DNA from: an uncultured bacterium
GTDB lineage: Bacteria; Krumholzibacteriota; Krumholzibacteriia; LZORAL124-64-63
DNA: 64,000 bases
Direction of reading: 5' to 3'
Assembly (NCBI GenBank): GCA_963727525.1
Contig: CAVSGO010000007.1
Coordinates: 672,001-736,000, forward strand
Each line of letters begins with the position of its first letter. The first letter of the stretch is position 1. Positions 1 to 10,276 of this stretch are shown here, piece after piece. Made by a program: the position numbers and the translations under genes. Below the pieces are notes generated by a model. That model saw only the letters and a program-made list of their open reading frames with translations, searched no databases and had not been told where the DNA came from.

Positions 1-1
1 C

Positions 2-1021
2 GATTTCGAATCGTACCGCATCTGGCGCGCGGACAACTGGACGCGTCCCTTCGGCTCGTCCGTCGACAACGGACCGGAGTCTGCGCTCTGGCAGCTCATC
101 GCCGAGTACGACGTGGTCGACTCCTTCACGGCTGCCATCACGATCCCGCCGGACACGTTTGTCTACTATCACCGGTTGCCGCTGGGGCGGAACACCGGGA
201 TGAACGCCATCAAGTACCAGCCCGCCGTGCTGGGCAACCCGCGGTTCGCCGGCCTCATGGAGGCCACCGAGGCGATCGTCCTCGCGGACCGTCTGGGAGC
301 GATCGTCGCCCGCCCGGACCTCTACGACGAGTTCGGCCAACCGATCGAAGCCTACCAGGGGCTGATTCCCTGGCAAGGCTACCCCTCCGTGCTCGATACG
401 TTCTGGGCCGAGGCAGCCCGGCCGGGCAGCACGTACGTGGATCCGAATTCCGGCGATCTGGTCGTGGTCTCACGAGAGAAGAAGCCGACCCAGTATTACG
501 AGTACGTCGACCACAACGTTCATAACGGGTATCTGTATTTCTACTCCGTGACGGCGTCGGATCATGGTGTCGCCCTCAATGACGGGGTTGCGAGGATCTC
601 CGGCCCGGGACAGTCGGGCGACCCCGCGTCGTCGTTCACCGACACGTCGCCGGGCACATTGGCGCAGACGGCCGAGGAGCGCAACCGATATGGCGCCAAC
701 ATCTTCGTGTATCCGAATCCGGCTACGCGCGACGCGCTCGCTGATTTTCAGCAGTTCCAGCCGTCGGGTACGGACCCGACCGGCGTGCGCGTGAATTTCG
801 CGAATCTTCCGGCCGCGCATAACACGATCAAGATCTTCACGCTCAGTGGCGATCTCGTGCAGACCATCGACCACGACGGCACGGGAGGATATGGCGAGGC
901 GAGCTGGAATCTCATGAGCCGGAATTCGCAGGAGATCGTCAGTGGCATCTACCTGTATGTCGTCCATGCGGACGACAGCAGGTTCGAGGATTTCATCGGC
1001 AAGTTCGTGGTGGTGCGGTAA
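2..1021 (+). CDS. C-terminal part of a large secreted protein with FN3-like region and T9SS type A-like C-terminal sorting domain (5' truncated)
   Basis: Frame is open from base 2 (DFESYRIWR...). Contains YEYVDHNVHNGYLYFYSVTASD and ends VYPNP...IKIFTLSGDLVQTI...WNL...SGIYLYVV...GKFVVVR, typical of CTD/FlgD-Ig-like tails. Lies directly upstream of a PorV-like gene. Confidence 0.8.
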   Translation, partial: DFESYRIWRADNWTRPFGSSVDNGPESALWQLIAEYDVVDSFTAAITIPPDTFVYYHRLPLGRNTGMNAIKYQPAVLGNPRFAGLMEATEAIVLADRLGAIVARPDLYDEFGQPIEAYQGLIPWQGYPSVLDTFWAEAARPGSTYVDPNSGDLVVVSREKKPTQYYEYVDHNVHNGYLYFYSVTASDHGVALNDGVARISGPGQSGDPASSFTDTSPGTLAQTAEERNRYGANIFVYPNPATRDALADFQQFQPSGTDPTGVRVNFANLPAAHNTIKIFTLSGDLVQTIDHDGTGGYGEASWNLMSRNSQEIVSGIYLYVVHADDSRFEDFIGKFVVVR

Positions 1022-1083
1022 GTCCCGTTCACGAGGAAACGGGCCGCCACCAAACCCGTCGCAAGACGGACCTGGAGGAGAAC

Positions 1084-2016
1084 ATGAAGCGCATTGCCCT
1101 GTTGGCCGCCATCCTCATGTTGCTACCCGCGCTCGCGCTCGGGAAGCAGTTCGAGAAGGTTGGTACCTTTGGCGCGCAGTTCCTCAAGATCGGAGTGAGC
1201 GCGCGGGCTACCGGGATGGGGTCGGCATTCACCGGCGTGGCGGACGACGCCAACTCGGTGTTCTGGAATCCGGGCGGTCTGGTGAACGTGATCACGAACG
1301 AGGTCGCGCTCAACCACGTCGAGTGGCCGGCGGACATCAACTTGACGAGCGCGTGCCTGGCGTTCAATCCCCGGTCCATTCCGGGAACGCTGGCGATCTC
1401 GGCGCGGTCGCTGTGGCTCGATCCGATGCTCGTGCGCACGGGCTACGAGCCCGACGGCAACGGCCAGGACTTCGACGCGGGCAGCACGGCGTTTGGCCTC
1501 AGCTATGCGCGCTTCTTCACGGACAAGTTCTCCGCGGGGTTCACGCTCAATTATATCCACGAGGGACTGGCGGAGACGAGCGTCAACACGATGGGCTTCG
1601 ATTTCGGTATCATGTACCGCATCGGTGTCAAGGATCTCAAGCTCGGCATGGTGATCCAGAATCTCGGCGGCAAGGAGAACTTCGACGAGATCGAGTCGAA
1701 GATGCCGACGACGTTCAAGGTCGGAACCAGCTTCGTGCCAATCCACACCGAGCACCACAAGCTGCTCACGGCCGCCGAGTTCCAGCACCCTTCGGACAAC
1801 AAGGAGCGGGCGAACATCGGTGCCGAGTACGGCATGAACGACATCTTCTTCCTCCGGGGCGGCTACAACATCGCCTACGATACCGACGGCGTGACGTTCG
1901 GGTTCGGCGTTGCCCTCAAGGCGGGCGATTCGTCGCGGCTCCAGCTCGACTACAGCGCGGTCGACATGGGCCCACTGCAGTACGTGCACCGGCTCTCCCT
2001 GAAGGTCATCTACTAG
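1084..2016 (+). CDS. PorV/PorQ-family (FadL-like) outer-membrane beta-barrel
   Basis: Signal peptide; FLKIGVSARATGMGSAF and NSVFWNPGGL motifs; amphipathic strands; terminal aromatic Y; RBS GGAGGA. Confidence 0.85.
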   Translation: MKRIALLAAILMLLPALALGKQFEKVGTFGAQFLKIGVSARATGMGSAFTGVADDANSVFWNPGGLVNVITNEVALNHVEWPADINLTSACLAFNPRSIPGTLAISARSLWLDPMLVRTGYEPDGNGQDFDAGSTAFGLSYARFFTDKFSAGFTLNYIHEGLAETSVNTMGFDFGIMYRIGVKDLKLGMVIQNLGGKENFDEIESKMPTTFKVGTSFVPIHTEHHKLLTAAEFQHPSDNKERANIGAEYGMNDIFFLRGGYNIAYDTDGVTFGFGVALKAGDSSRLQLDYSAVDMGPLQYVHRLSLKVIY

Positions 2017-2089
2017 GCATGCCGGATCGTGTCCTCCTGCCGCCTCGCCAGTTTCGACCGGCGGGGCGGCCGCGTATTCCGGGGATGCC
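2017..2089 (+). terminator. Long GC-rich stem-loop after the PorV-like gene (terminator or stabiliser)
   Basis: GCCGCCTCGCC...GGCGGGGCGGC inner stem with an imperfect outer stem; no clear U-tract. Confidence 0.35.
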
Positions 2090-2167
2090 TGTTGGCTGGC
2101 GCGCTCGGTTTCCTTATCGTGATGGAGGATGCGCTGACTTGAGCCGAGGGCTCGGGAGTGACCGGAC

Positions 2168-3808
2168 ATGAACACGCGCGGATATCGAAGTCGGGTCGGA
2201 ACCCTGGCGGTCGCCATCGTGGTGGTCGGTGCATCGGTGGCCGGCGCCGCCTGGCTTCGACCCGTCGAGGGCGGCGGCAATTTCCATTGCACGGTGGACC
2301 TGGCGAATTTCCAGGAGGCCGATGGACGACTCGATGTCGTCGTCATGGTGGCAATAGAGAACCGCGAGATCGAGTTCGAAAGGGTCGATGGCCGCTGGCA
2401 GGGCAAGTTGCATGCGGTGGCCACTCTCAGTCGTGGCGCGGACGATTCGCTGGTCACGGTGACGGCTGAGGCCGACGTGCCCGTACATGCCCGGAGCGAG
2501 CAGGAGGCCGGCTCGCCGACGCTGACGCAGATCTTCACCCTCGTGCTCCGCGATGTCCCCTTCCACGACGGCACGTTCCAGCTCGATCTGAACGATCTCA
2601 ACCGACGGCGCCCTGTATTTCTCAGCTTCATCAACAAGGAACCGGCGTTCAGCCAGGCGGTGGCCGACTGGTCGGCGCCGCCCGAGGGGAACGGCCGCGG
2701 CCTCGTCGTGGGGGATCTGGTGTTCCTCGCCCACGCGCCCATTGCCGAGTGGTCGGCGCGCGCGGTGCGTCCCGACTCCCTCGCCAGTGGCGGGCCATGG
2801 GATTACCTGCACCCGCTGCGTCGCTACGGACTCGAGCAGACGCAGGTGCAGGTGTACTTCGAGCTGCAGCCGCCGCACGATTCCGCCCGGTGGCGCGAGG
2901 CGTCGGGCCGGGACCTTCTCGTCGAGGTCCTCAGCAAGGAACTCGATTTCGCGCTCCGCGACACGTTGTCGCTGACGCCCACTGCCCGGCAGGCTCTGGC
3001 CGCCGGCCGGCCGGCCGCCATCTATTACCAGCTCGACGGCTCGCTACTCCCACCTGGTGCGTTCCGGCTCGGAATAGCGCCCCTGGACTCGGTCGGGAGG
3101 GGCTACCTGGGCGAGTTCGATGTGACCTGGCGCCTCGATCAGGTGGCCCGCGGGCTCGAGGACTTGCTCGGCGAGGGCCATACCGTGCTGCGGGGAGAGC
3201 AGCTGCGAAAGTTCGACCACGCGTCGCGCATGGAGCAGGAGGTCATCCTCGATCGTTTCTGGCAATCGCTCGACCCCGATCGCTCCGACCCCTACAACGA
3301 GGTCTATGCCGAATTTCGCCGGCGCGTCTCCCATGTCCGGGAGCATCTCGGCGGTTTCGGGGCGGGCGGTGCGAGGGACGCCCGGGGGCGGGTCTATCTC
3401 CTGCTCGGCCCACCGGATGAGATCCAGACGCACGTCATGCCACTGAACGAGTCGGATCTCGAGGACGCCAGGGTCAAGGTGTATGAGCCGTACGCGCCGG
3501 ATCGGGAGGGGACCTTCGCCAAGGGAAACTATGCGACCGAGACATCGGCATCGCGAATCGTGTTCACGCCTGTCATTCCCATGCCTTACTCGTTCACGGC
3601 GGCGATGGAGATCCAGCAGAACAAGACGAGTGTCAAGCGGGAACACGGATTTGAACTGTGGCGGTACACGCGGCGTGGGGACGGGCTGTTCCCGAACGCC
3701 TATTCGGACGCCGGCGCGTTCGCCGGTTTACGTTTCCTGTTCGTGGATAGCGACGGAACCGGACGGTTCGAACTGCAGTCGTCGAACGCATTCAAACAGG
3801 GCGATTGA
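2168..3808 (+). CDS. GWxTD-domain-like exported protein
   Basis: N-terminal hydrophobic signal; C-terminal FWQSLDPD...NE...EFRRRV...GARDARGRVYLLLGPPD...ELWRY...FLFVD..G.G.F pattern. Confidence 0.8.
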   Translation: MNTRGYRSRVGTLAVAIVVVGASVAGAAWLRPVEGGGNFHCTVDLANFQEADGRLDVVVMVAIENREIEFERVDGRWQGKLHAVATLSRGADDSLVTVTAEADVPVHARSEQEAGSPTLTQIFTLVLRDVPFHDGTFQLDLNDLNRRRPVFLSFINKEPAFSQAVADWSAPPEGNGRGLVVGDLVFLAHAPIAEWSARAVRPDSLASGGPWDYLHPLRRYGLEQTQVQVYFELQPPHDSARWREASGRDLLVEVLSKELDFALRDTLSLTPTARQALAAGRPAAIYYQLDGSLLPPGAFRLGIAPLDSVGRGYLGEFDVTWRLDQVARGLEDLLGEGHTVLRGEQLRKFDHASRMEQEVILDRFWQSLDPDRSDPYNEVYAEFRRRVSHVREHLGGFGAGGARDARGRVYLLLGPPDEIQTHVMPLNESDLEDARVKVYEPYAPDREGTFAKGNYATETSASRIVFTPVIPMPYSFTAAMEIQQNKTSVKREHGFELWRYTRRGDGLFPNAYSDAGAFAGLRFLFVDSDGTGRFELQSSNAFKQGD

Positions 3809-3872
3809 AGGGACGCAAGGCCGGCCTGCGCGAGCGCCGAATATGAGAATACCGTTTGACTTAGGTAGGGCG

Positions 3873-3902
3873 TTGACACAAATTACATGCCACCGGTATA
3901 CT
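3873..3902 (+). promoter_or_regulatory. Sigma70-type promoter of exbB-exbD-exbD-tonB
   Basis: TTGACA-18 bp-TATACT in an AT-rich intergenic patch. Confidence 0.7.
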
Positions 3903-4065
3903 GCCGAACCCGGTGATTTCGCGGGCGACCGAGGGTGTACGGATAGCCGACGCGGGGACAGGGACGACAGGGTCGATGAAGGCACCCACCAGAGCATCGA
4001 CCCCGGTCTCCGGTAGAATTCTGGAGCATCATCCGGGCCCCACTCAGGAAAGGGAGATTAGCGCA

Positions 4066-4935
4066 ATGGCTCGTCACGGTTCGCTGAAGAAGGCCGGCCT
4101 CTTCGCCATCGGCCTCGCTCTGCTCGTCATGGCCAATGTCGCGCCGGCGTTCGCACAGGACGACGCGGATGTGCCGTCCAACGAGCGCATCGAGAAGATC
4201 ATGGCCACGCCCGACTCCCTGGGCTTCGCCAAGACCGCGGCCGACTCGGCGAGCCTCGTGCCCGTCTACATCGAGCCGATTGGCGGCCTCATGGGTGTGC
4301 TCGAGCGCAGCCCGCTCGGCAAGACCGGTTTCGGCAAGTTCTTCGTCAAGGGCGGCAGCTTCATGTGGTGGCTGCTGCTGATCGGCATCGTGGGTCTGGT
4401 GTTCATCCTCGAACGCATGTGGACTCTCAATCGCGCCAAGGTGAACACGCGCAAGCTCATCGGCACCGTGATCACGACGCTCAAGACCGAGGGCGTGCAG
4501 GCGGCCGCCGAGGAATGCCAGAAATGGCGCGGCCCGATCGCGGCCATCCTGTACTCGGGTCTGCAGAAGTCGGACAGGGGCGACGAGGCCGTGGAGAAGG
4601 CCATCAGCACCGCCGGCGTGATCGAGATGAGCTTCCTGGAGCGAGGTCTGGTGTGGGTGTCGTCGGTGACGACCCTGGCGCCGCTCGTCGGCTTCCTCGG
4701 TACGGTGTCGGGTATGATCCATGCCTTCGAGGCGATCGCGGCCAGCGAGCAGGTGAACGCCAAGCTGGTGGCGTCGGGTATCTCCGAGGCCCTCATCACC
4801 ACCGCCACGGGCCTCGTACTCGCCGTGCCGGCGACCATCGCCTACAACTTCTTCGTGGCGTCGATCGACCGCTTCACCATCGAGATGGAAGAGGCGGCCA
4901 TGGAACTGATCGAGGCACTCGACAGTATGCGATAG
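4066..4935 (+). CDS. exbB: MotA/TolQ/ExbB proton channel protein
   Basis: APLVGFLGTVSGMIHAF and GISEALITTATGL motifs; start placed at the ATG after the GGGAG RBS. Confidence 0.93.
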   Translation: MARHGSLKKAGLFAIGLALLVMANVAPAFAQDDADVPSNERIEKIMATPDSLGFAKTAADSASLVPVYIEPIGGLMGVLERSPLGKTGFGKFFVKGGSFMWWLLLIGIVGLVFILERMWTLNRAKVNTRKLIGTVITTLKTEGVQAAAEECQKWRGPIAAILYSGLQKSDRGDEAVEKAISTAGVIEMSFLERGLVWVSSVTTLAPLVGFLGTVSGMIHAFEAIAASEQVNAKLVASGISEALITTATGLVLAVPATIAYNFFVASIDRFTIEMEEAAMELIEALDSMR

Positions 4936-4980
4936 CGGTTCACGCGTGCTGATGGACCCGGACCAGAGGAACGAAGAACC

Positions 4981-5400
4981 ATGTCGGTGATGCGGAAGAA
5001 GAAGAAACAGGCGATCGGCGAGATCAACCTCGCCTCGACGTCGGATATCTCCTTCCTGTTGCTGATCTTCTTCATCGTGACGACGATCTTCGCCGAAGAG
5101 CAAGGTCTGATCATGATCCTGCCCGGCAAGCAGAAGAACAAGGAAGACATCGTCAAGGTGAAGCAGAGCAACATCGCGACGATCAGGATCAGCAAGAACA
5201 ACGCGCTCACGCTCGACCAGAAACCGATCCAGCTGGCGCACGTCGAGTACGCCATCAGGGATCGTATTCTCAACAACGAGAAGACGGTCGTCGTGCTCGA
5301 GACCGATCCGGACGCGTATTATGGCACCATGGTGGCCGTGCTCGATGAGCTGAAGCTGGCCAACGCCCGCAAACTCACGCTGAAGACGACGGGGAGGTAG
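4981..5400 (+). CDS. exbD: ExbD/TolR family protein
   Basis: SDISFLLLIFFIVTT transmembrane segment with the conserved Asp. Confidence 0.9.
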   Translation: MSVMRKKKKQAIGEINLASTSDISFLLLIFFIVTTIFAEEQGLIMILPGKQKNKEDIVKVKQSNIATIRISKNNALTLDQKPIQLAHVEYAIRDRILNNEKTVVVLETDPDAYYGTMVAVLDELKLANARKLTLKTTGR

Positions 5401-5405
5401 GGGCG

Positions 5406-5828
5406 GTGGACTTTAATCGGTCGGCCAGGAAAGATCCCTACATTCCCACGGCTTCCATGGGCGACATCGTCTTTCTGCTGCTCATCTTCTTCATGGTCAC
5501 GACCATCTTCCGCAAGGAAGTCGGTCTGCCGGTGGAGTTGCCGCGCGCCGAAGCGGGCGAGGAAGTGCAGCGCGATCTGGTGTCCAACATCTACATCGAT
5601 CGGTTGGGGCGTATCTCGGTGGACGACCGGCTGGTGCAGACGCGGTTCATCTCGGACATCTTCGGCAAGAAGATCCAGAATAACCCGCAACTCATCGTGG
5701 CCTTCAAGACGGACAAGATGACGCCGTACGGTACGGTGAGCGACGTGATGGAAGAGCTGAAAGACGTCAACGCGGTGAAGGTGTTCTTCCACAACGACGT
5801 GGAAGTGCGCCCGCCGACGAAGTACTAG
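5406..5828 (+). CDS. exbD: ExbD/TolR family protein (second copy)
   Basis: MGDIVFLLLIFFMVTT transmembrane motif. Confidence 0.9.
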   Translation: MDFNRSARKDPYIPTASMGDIVFLLLIFFMVTTIFRKEVGLPVELPRAEAGEEVQRDLVSNIYIDRLGRISVDDRLVQTRFISDIFGKKIQNNPQLIVAFKTDKMTPYGTVSDVMEELKDVNAVKVFFHNDVEVRPPTKY

Positions 5829-5851
5829 GATTGGGGAGAAGCGAGAGTGCC

Positions 5852-6505
5852 ATGAGTACGTCGAGTGCCACGCCTGCCTACCGAATGTCGGCCAATGCCG
5901 AGTTCAAGGCGCAGTATGGCAAGACGCTGCGCTGGTCCTTGCTGGGTGCCATCCTCATCGTGCTCATCGCCTTTTTCGTGTCGCCGGAGATCAAGTTCAA
6001 ACCCTACAAGATGCGGCAGCAAGAGATGGAGCTTGTCGAGCTGAATGACACGCCCCAGGACTTCGAGTTGCCGCCGCCCGTGGAAGCCCCGACGCCGCCG
6101 AGGGTGATCGAGGCGGCTCCCGATGATGCGGTGACGGACGACGTCGAGATCGCCGACACGCTGATCGACCTCACGGCCGCCCTGAACGACGGTATGGGAG
6201 CGATCAGTCTGGACAATGGCGAGCAGTTCGTGGTATCCGCCGAGAATCCCAAGTTGCTGCAGCGGGTTCAGCCCGAGTATCCGGAGATGGCCCGCATGGC
6301 GCAGCTCCAGGGCACGGTCATCGTGAAGGTGCTCGTGGGACCGGATGGCACCGTGCTGGACGCCCAGGTGGTCAAGAGCGTGAACCCTACGCTCGATCAG
6401 TCCGCGCTCGCGGCCGCTCGGCGCACCAAGTGGATCCCGGGCAAACAGCGCAATATTCCGGTCAAAGCCTGGATGGCGCTGCCGTTCAATTTCAAGCTCC
6501 ACTGA
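5852..6505 (+). CDS. tonB: Energy transducer TonB
   Basis: N-terminal TM, Pro-rich linker, PEYPEMARMAQLQGTVIVKVLV TonB_C domain. Confidence 0.9.
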   Translation: MSTSSATPAYRMSANAEFKAQYGKTLRWSLLGAILIVLIAFFVSPEIKFKPYKMRQQEMELVELNDTPQDFELPPPVEAPTPPRVIEAAPDDAVTDDVEIADTLIDLTAALNDGMGAISLDNGEQFVVSAENPKLLQRVQPEYPEMARMAQLQGTVIVKVLVGPDGTVLDAQVVKSVNPTLDQSALAAARRTKWIPGKQRNIPVKAWMALPFNFKLH

Positions 6506-6751
6506 TCGGTCCCGCCTGGCCGCTGTTCGGCCACCGGAGGGAACCTCGCGGCTCGGGGCCGCGTCCTAGAGGCGCGGCCCTTCGCATCGGTCCCGCGACA
6601 TCGAGCGCTGGAACCTGCAACCCGGAGCGTTGGAGCACGTAAGTGCTGCGGTCGCCAGTGGAATCTGCCTGGCCAGGCGACCCATCCGTCGCTAGAATGC
6701 CCTTGGCCGGCGGCCGCGCCGGCCGGCAACCTGTCGCAAGGAGAGCGGTCC

Positions 6752-8215
6752 ATGTCTGCTAGCTACCCCTCGGTCTCGCCGCGACTCGCCAGCCTCTGGC
6801 TCGTCTTCATCCTCGCCGCCGGCGTGACGGCGAGCGTGGCGGCGGCGCCCGCCGCGAGCGACAGCAGCGCGGCAGTGCCCGTGCTCAGCCTCCGCGACTG
6901 CGTCGATATCGCGCTCGATGGCAGCATCCAGCTGCGCATCGCCGAGCAGCAGGACGATATCGCGCGGCAGGATATCAAGTCGGCGTGGGGCGCCTTCCTG
7001 CCCAGCGTGTCCCTGTCGTCGAGCTACCGCAAGAGCAACCGCACCGACTACGGCTCCGTGACGCCTGTCTACTCCTCGCAGCAGTTGCCGATGGTCGACA
7101 CGGGCGGTGACACGCTCTACTTCCCGACCGCGGTGGAGACGGGGACCATCACCGAGGATGTGAAGACGAAGTCCACGTACAAGGATGTCGGCGCGAATTT
7201 CGGGCTCACCCTCTTCGACGGACTGAGCAACGTCAACACGCTCAAGGCGGCGAAGGCCTCCGCGTCGGCGGCGGCTCACCAGCAGGTGTACACGCGCTCG
7301 CAGGTGATCCAGAACGTCGCCGTGGCCTACTACAACTTGCTGCGCTACCTCGCCCTGCGTGACGTGGGTGCGGAAGACCGTGACCGGGCGGCCAAGGAGC
7401 TCGAGCGCACCGAGACTTACTTCCGACTCGGTAGCGCAGCCAAGGCCGATGTACTCCAGCAGCGCGTGCGCCTCGAGAACACGAAGCTTGCCCTGGTGAC
7501 GGCCGAGAACCAGGTACAGCAGGCCTTCGCCGATCTCGCCTACGCGATGTATCGCCCACTGGAGTCCCCGTTCGACATCGATCGCTCGCCGCTCACTGCG
7601 AACATGCAGGTGGCGCCCATCGACTCGCTCTACACCGAGGCCCTGGCCAACCGCGAGGACCTGAAGGCCGATGCGATGACCATGGAGGCGCGTCAGAAGC
7701 AGGCCGCCGCCGCCGGGGGCGCACTGCTGCCCCAGGTCGACGCCTTCGCCGGCTACACGCGCTACAACAACCAGTCGCCTTACCGCTTCGGTTCGCAGAC
7801 CTCGGGGAGCTGGAGCTACGGCGTGCAGGGAAGCTGGTCCATCTTCAACCACTTCCAGAACTGGACGCGTCGGTCTCAGTCCAAGGCCAACGCGCGCATC
7901 GCGGAGTATAATTTCCAGCAGGCGCAGTTCGACGCTCAGCTCGAGGTGCGGCGCTTCCACAACTCGATGGTCGAGGCACGCGAACGTCTGGCCGTGAGCC
8001 GCGAAACCATCGCCCAGGCCGAAGAGGAACTCCGTCTGGCACAGGAACGCTTCCGCGTCGGTGCCGGTACCCAGCTCGACAAGATCACGGCCGAGGTCAG
8101 CCTGGCCCAGGCCAAGTCGGACGAGGTGCAGGCCATCTGCGACTACCTCATCGCGCGCGCTCAGCTCTACCGGGCGCTGGGGCGTCTCGACGATATCCAG
8201 AAGGTCGAACGGTGA
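6752..8215 (+). CDS. TolC-family outer-membrane efflux protein
   Basis: Signal peptide; [11 protein letters not shown]; two OEP repeats (FLPSVSL / [16 protein letters not shown]). Confidence 0.9.
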   Translation: MSASYPSVSPRLASLWLVFILAAGVTASVAAAPAASDSSAAVPVLSLRDCVDIALDGSIQLRIAEQQDDIARQDIKSAWGAFLPSVSLSSSYRKSNRTDYGSVTPVYSSQQLPMVDTGGDTLYFPTAVETGTITEDVKTKSTYKDVGANFGLTLFDGLSNVNTLKAAKASASAAAHQQVYTRSQVIQNVAVAYYNLLRYLALRDVGAEDRDRAAKELERTETYFRLGSAAKADVLQQRVRLENTKLALVTAENQVQQAFADLAYAMYRPLESPFDIDRSPLTANMQVAPIDSLYTEALANREDLKADAMTMEARQKQAAAAGGALLPQVDAFAGYTRYNNQSPYRFGSQTSGSWSYGVQGSWSIFNHFQNWTRRSQSKANARIAEYNFQQAQFDAQLEVRRFHNSMVEARERLAVSRETIAQAEEELRLAQERFRVGAGTQLDKITAEVSLAQAKSDEVQAICDYLIARAQLYRALGRLDDIQKVER

Positions 8216-8913
8216 CAGCGGGCCACCTCATCACGCTACGCGGGCTCGTGAAGACCTACGTGGTGGGGACGCAGGAAGTCTACGCCGTGTGCGGTCTCGA
8301 CCTGATCATCGATCCGGGCGAGTACGTGGCGGTGATGGGCAGCAGCGGCTCGGGCAAGTCGACGCTGATGAACTTGATCGGCTGCCTCGACACGCCCACC
8401 GCCGGCTATTACGAACTGAACGGACGTGACGTGAGCCACCTCGACGAGGACGAGCTGGCGCGGATCCGCAACGAGGAGATCGGCTTCGTCTTCCAGACCT
8501 TCAACCTGCTTCCCCGCAGCACGGCGGCGCAGAATGTCGAGCTACCATTGATCTATGCCGGTGTGCCGGTGGCCGAGCGCCGCGAACGCGTGCAGGAGGC
8601 CCTCACCTCGGTGGGCCTGGCTGATCGTGTGCACCATCGGCCCAACGAGCTGAGCGGCGGCCAGCGGCAGCGGGTGGCGATCGCACGGGCGCTCGTGAAC
8701 CGCCCGTCGCTGCTCCTGGCCGACGAGCCCACCGGCAATCTCGATTCGCGTACCAGCGAGGAGATCATGGCCCTGCTGAGTGATCTGGAGCAGCAGGGCC
8801 AGACGATCATCCTGGTCACTCACGAGTCGGACATTGCCGCGTTCTCACAGCGCATCATCCGGCTGCACGACGGCACCATCTCGAGCGACGAGCGTAATGC
8901 AGTCCGTCGCTGA
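8212..8913 (+). CDS. ABC transporter ATP-binding protein (MacB/LolD type)
   Basis: [42 protein letters not shown] overlap with the tolC-like gene. Confidence 0.95.
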   Translation: MTAGHLITLRGLVKTYVVGTQEVYAVCGLDLIIDPGEYVAVMGSSGSGKSTLMNLIGCLDTPTAGYYELNGRDVSHLDEDELARIRNEEIGFVFQTFNLLPRSTAAQNVELPLIYAGVPVAERRERVQEALTSVGLADRVHHRPNELSGGQRQRVAIARALVNRPSLLLADEPTGNLDSRTSEEIMALLSDLEQQGQTIILVTHESDIAAFSQRIIRLHDGTISSDERNAVRR

Positions 8914-10180
8914 ATCGCGCCGCCGGGCATGCCTCATCGCACTCTGTTTTTTGATCGGGGCGGTGGTCCTGGTCGGATGCGCGGGCAGCGGTCCGGGGCT
9001 CGGCGAGTCGGGCGATTCTCACCTGCCTCTGCAGGCTTTCGTGGCTACCCGCCTCGACTCGGCCGGCCACGCCGAGGCGCAGGTCCGCGTGGAGACTACC
9101 CATCGCGCCCTGGTGTTCACCCGCGGCGACGCCGGGTTTCACAGCGAGCTGGTCGTACTCGTCACGGCCCGGCGGGGCGACGATCAGGTCGGTGGCGGAG
9201 TCGGACAGACCACGGTCGACGTGATGAGCTACGAGGCGACGCGATCGAGCGACGCCGTGATCGTGGATGTCCCCCTCGTCGTGCGCGGCGGCGACGACGT
9301 CGTCCTCGCCGTCACCGCGTCGGTACGCCAGACGCAGCGTCGCTGGCAGCGGCGCCTCGCCTTCTCGCCGCACGCCCTGGCTGCGATGCCCCTGGCCGTG
9401 CAGCATGTGCGCATGAGCCCACCGGCGGGCGCGGCCGGGACCCATGTCGTCACGGCCGACGACGACACGGTGCGCCTGGCCGTAGGGTTGCGTCGCACCA
9501 GTGAGCCCTGGCCGCAGTCGGGCGTGCGGCTCGTGGCCACCCTCACCGCCAGTGGTCTTACCGAGCCGCGGTCGGTGGTGCGCGATATCGCGCCGCCGGC
9601 GGCCGCGCGCGACTCGGTGGCGACAGATCTCGAATTCCCCGCCACGCAACTCCCGTTCGGCCGCGTCTCGATCGAGCTGTCTCTCGACCTGTTGCGCGAC
9701 GGACATCGGCAGAGCCTCCCATACGGACGTCCCCTTGCGCTGGAGGTGCTACGCGTCCCCGTGGACGACGACCACGCCTGGCGCCGCCACGTGGGCTGGC
9801 TCAAGGGTCTGTTGCCGGACGCGGTGCAGGACTCGTTGCGCGCCCTGCCTGCCGCGCAGCGTCAGGCAGCCTGGACGGCGGCGTGGCAACGCATCGCCGC
9901 GTCGCGATCCGAAGATCCGCAGACCGCGGCCCTCGACCATCTGCGCCGCATCGTGACTGCCGACGAACGATTCGGGCAGTTCGGTCGTGGCGCTCTCAGC
10001 GATCGCGGGCGCGCCATCATCCGCTATGGCGAGCCCGGCCACGTCGAGCGGTACCTGGACAACCTCTCGGGGACCGGTGTCTGGGAGATCTGGGAGTACC
10101 CGGATCTGGGACTGCGCCTGCTTTTCTTCGACGCCCACGGTATGGGCGATTTCCAGCTCTCCGACGTCCAGCACGTGTAG
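8897..10180 (+). CDS. GWxTD-domain-like lipoprotein
   Basis: Lipobox LVGC after a hydrophobic stretch; C-terminal [16 protein letters not shown]...EIWEY...[12 protein letters not shown]. Confidence 0.75.
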   Translation: MQSVAESRRRACLIALCFLIGAVVLVGCAGSGPGLGESGDSHLPLQAFVATRLDSAGHAEAQVRVETTHRALVFTRGDAGFHSELVVLVTARRGDDQVGGGVGQTTVDVMSYEATRSSDAVIVDVPLVVRGGDDVVLAVTASVRQTQRRWQRRLAFSPHALAAMPLAVQHVRMSPPAGAAGTHVVTADDDTVRLAVGLRRTSEPWPQSGVRLVATLTASGLTEPRSVVRDIAPPAAARDSVATDLEFPATQLPFGRVSIELSLDLLRDGHRQSLPYGRPLALEVLRVPVDDDHAWRRHVGWLKGLLPDAVQDSLRALPAAQRQAAWTAAWQRIAASRSEDPQTAALDHLRRIVTADERFGQFGRGALSDRGRAIIRYGEPGHVERYLDNLSGTGVWEIWEYPDLGLRLLFFDAHGMGDFQLSDVQHV

Positions 10181-10276
10181 TGCGGACTCAAGAATTCCGA
10201 CGCGGAGTCGAAATCAGGGAGGTCACCCGAGATCCCCGCGGGCGCTGCGCACTTGCGAGCCGGCGCTGAGGTCCAG

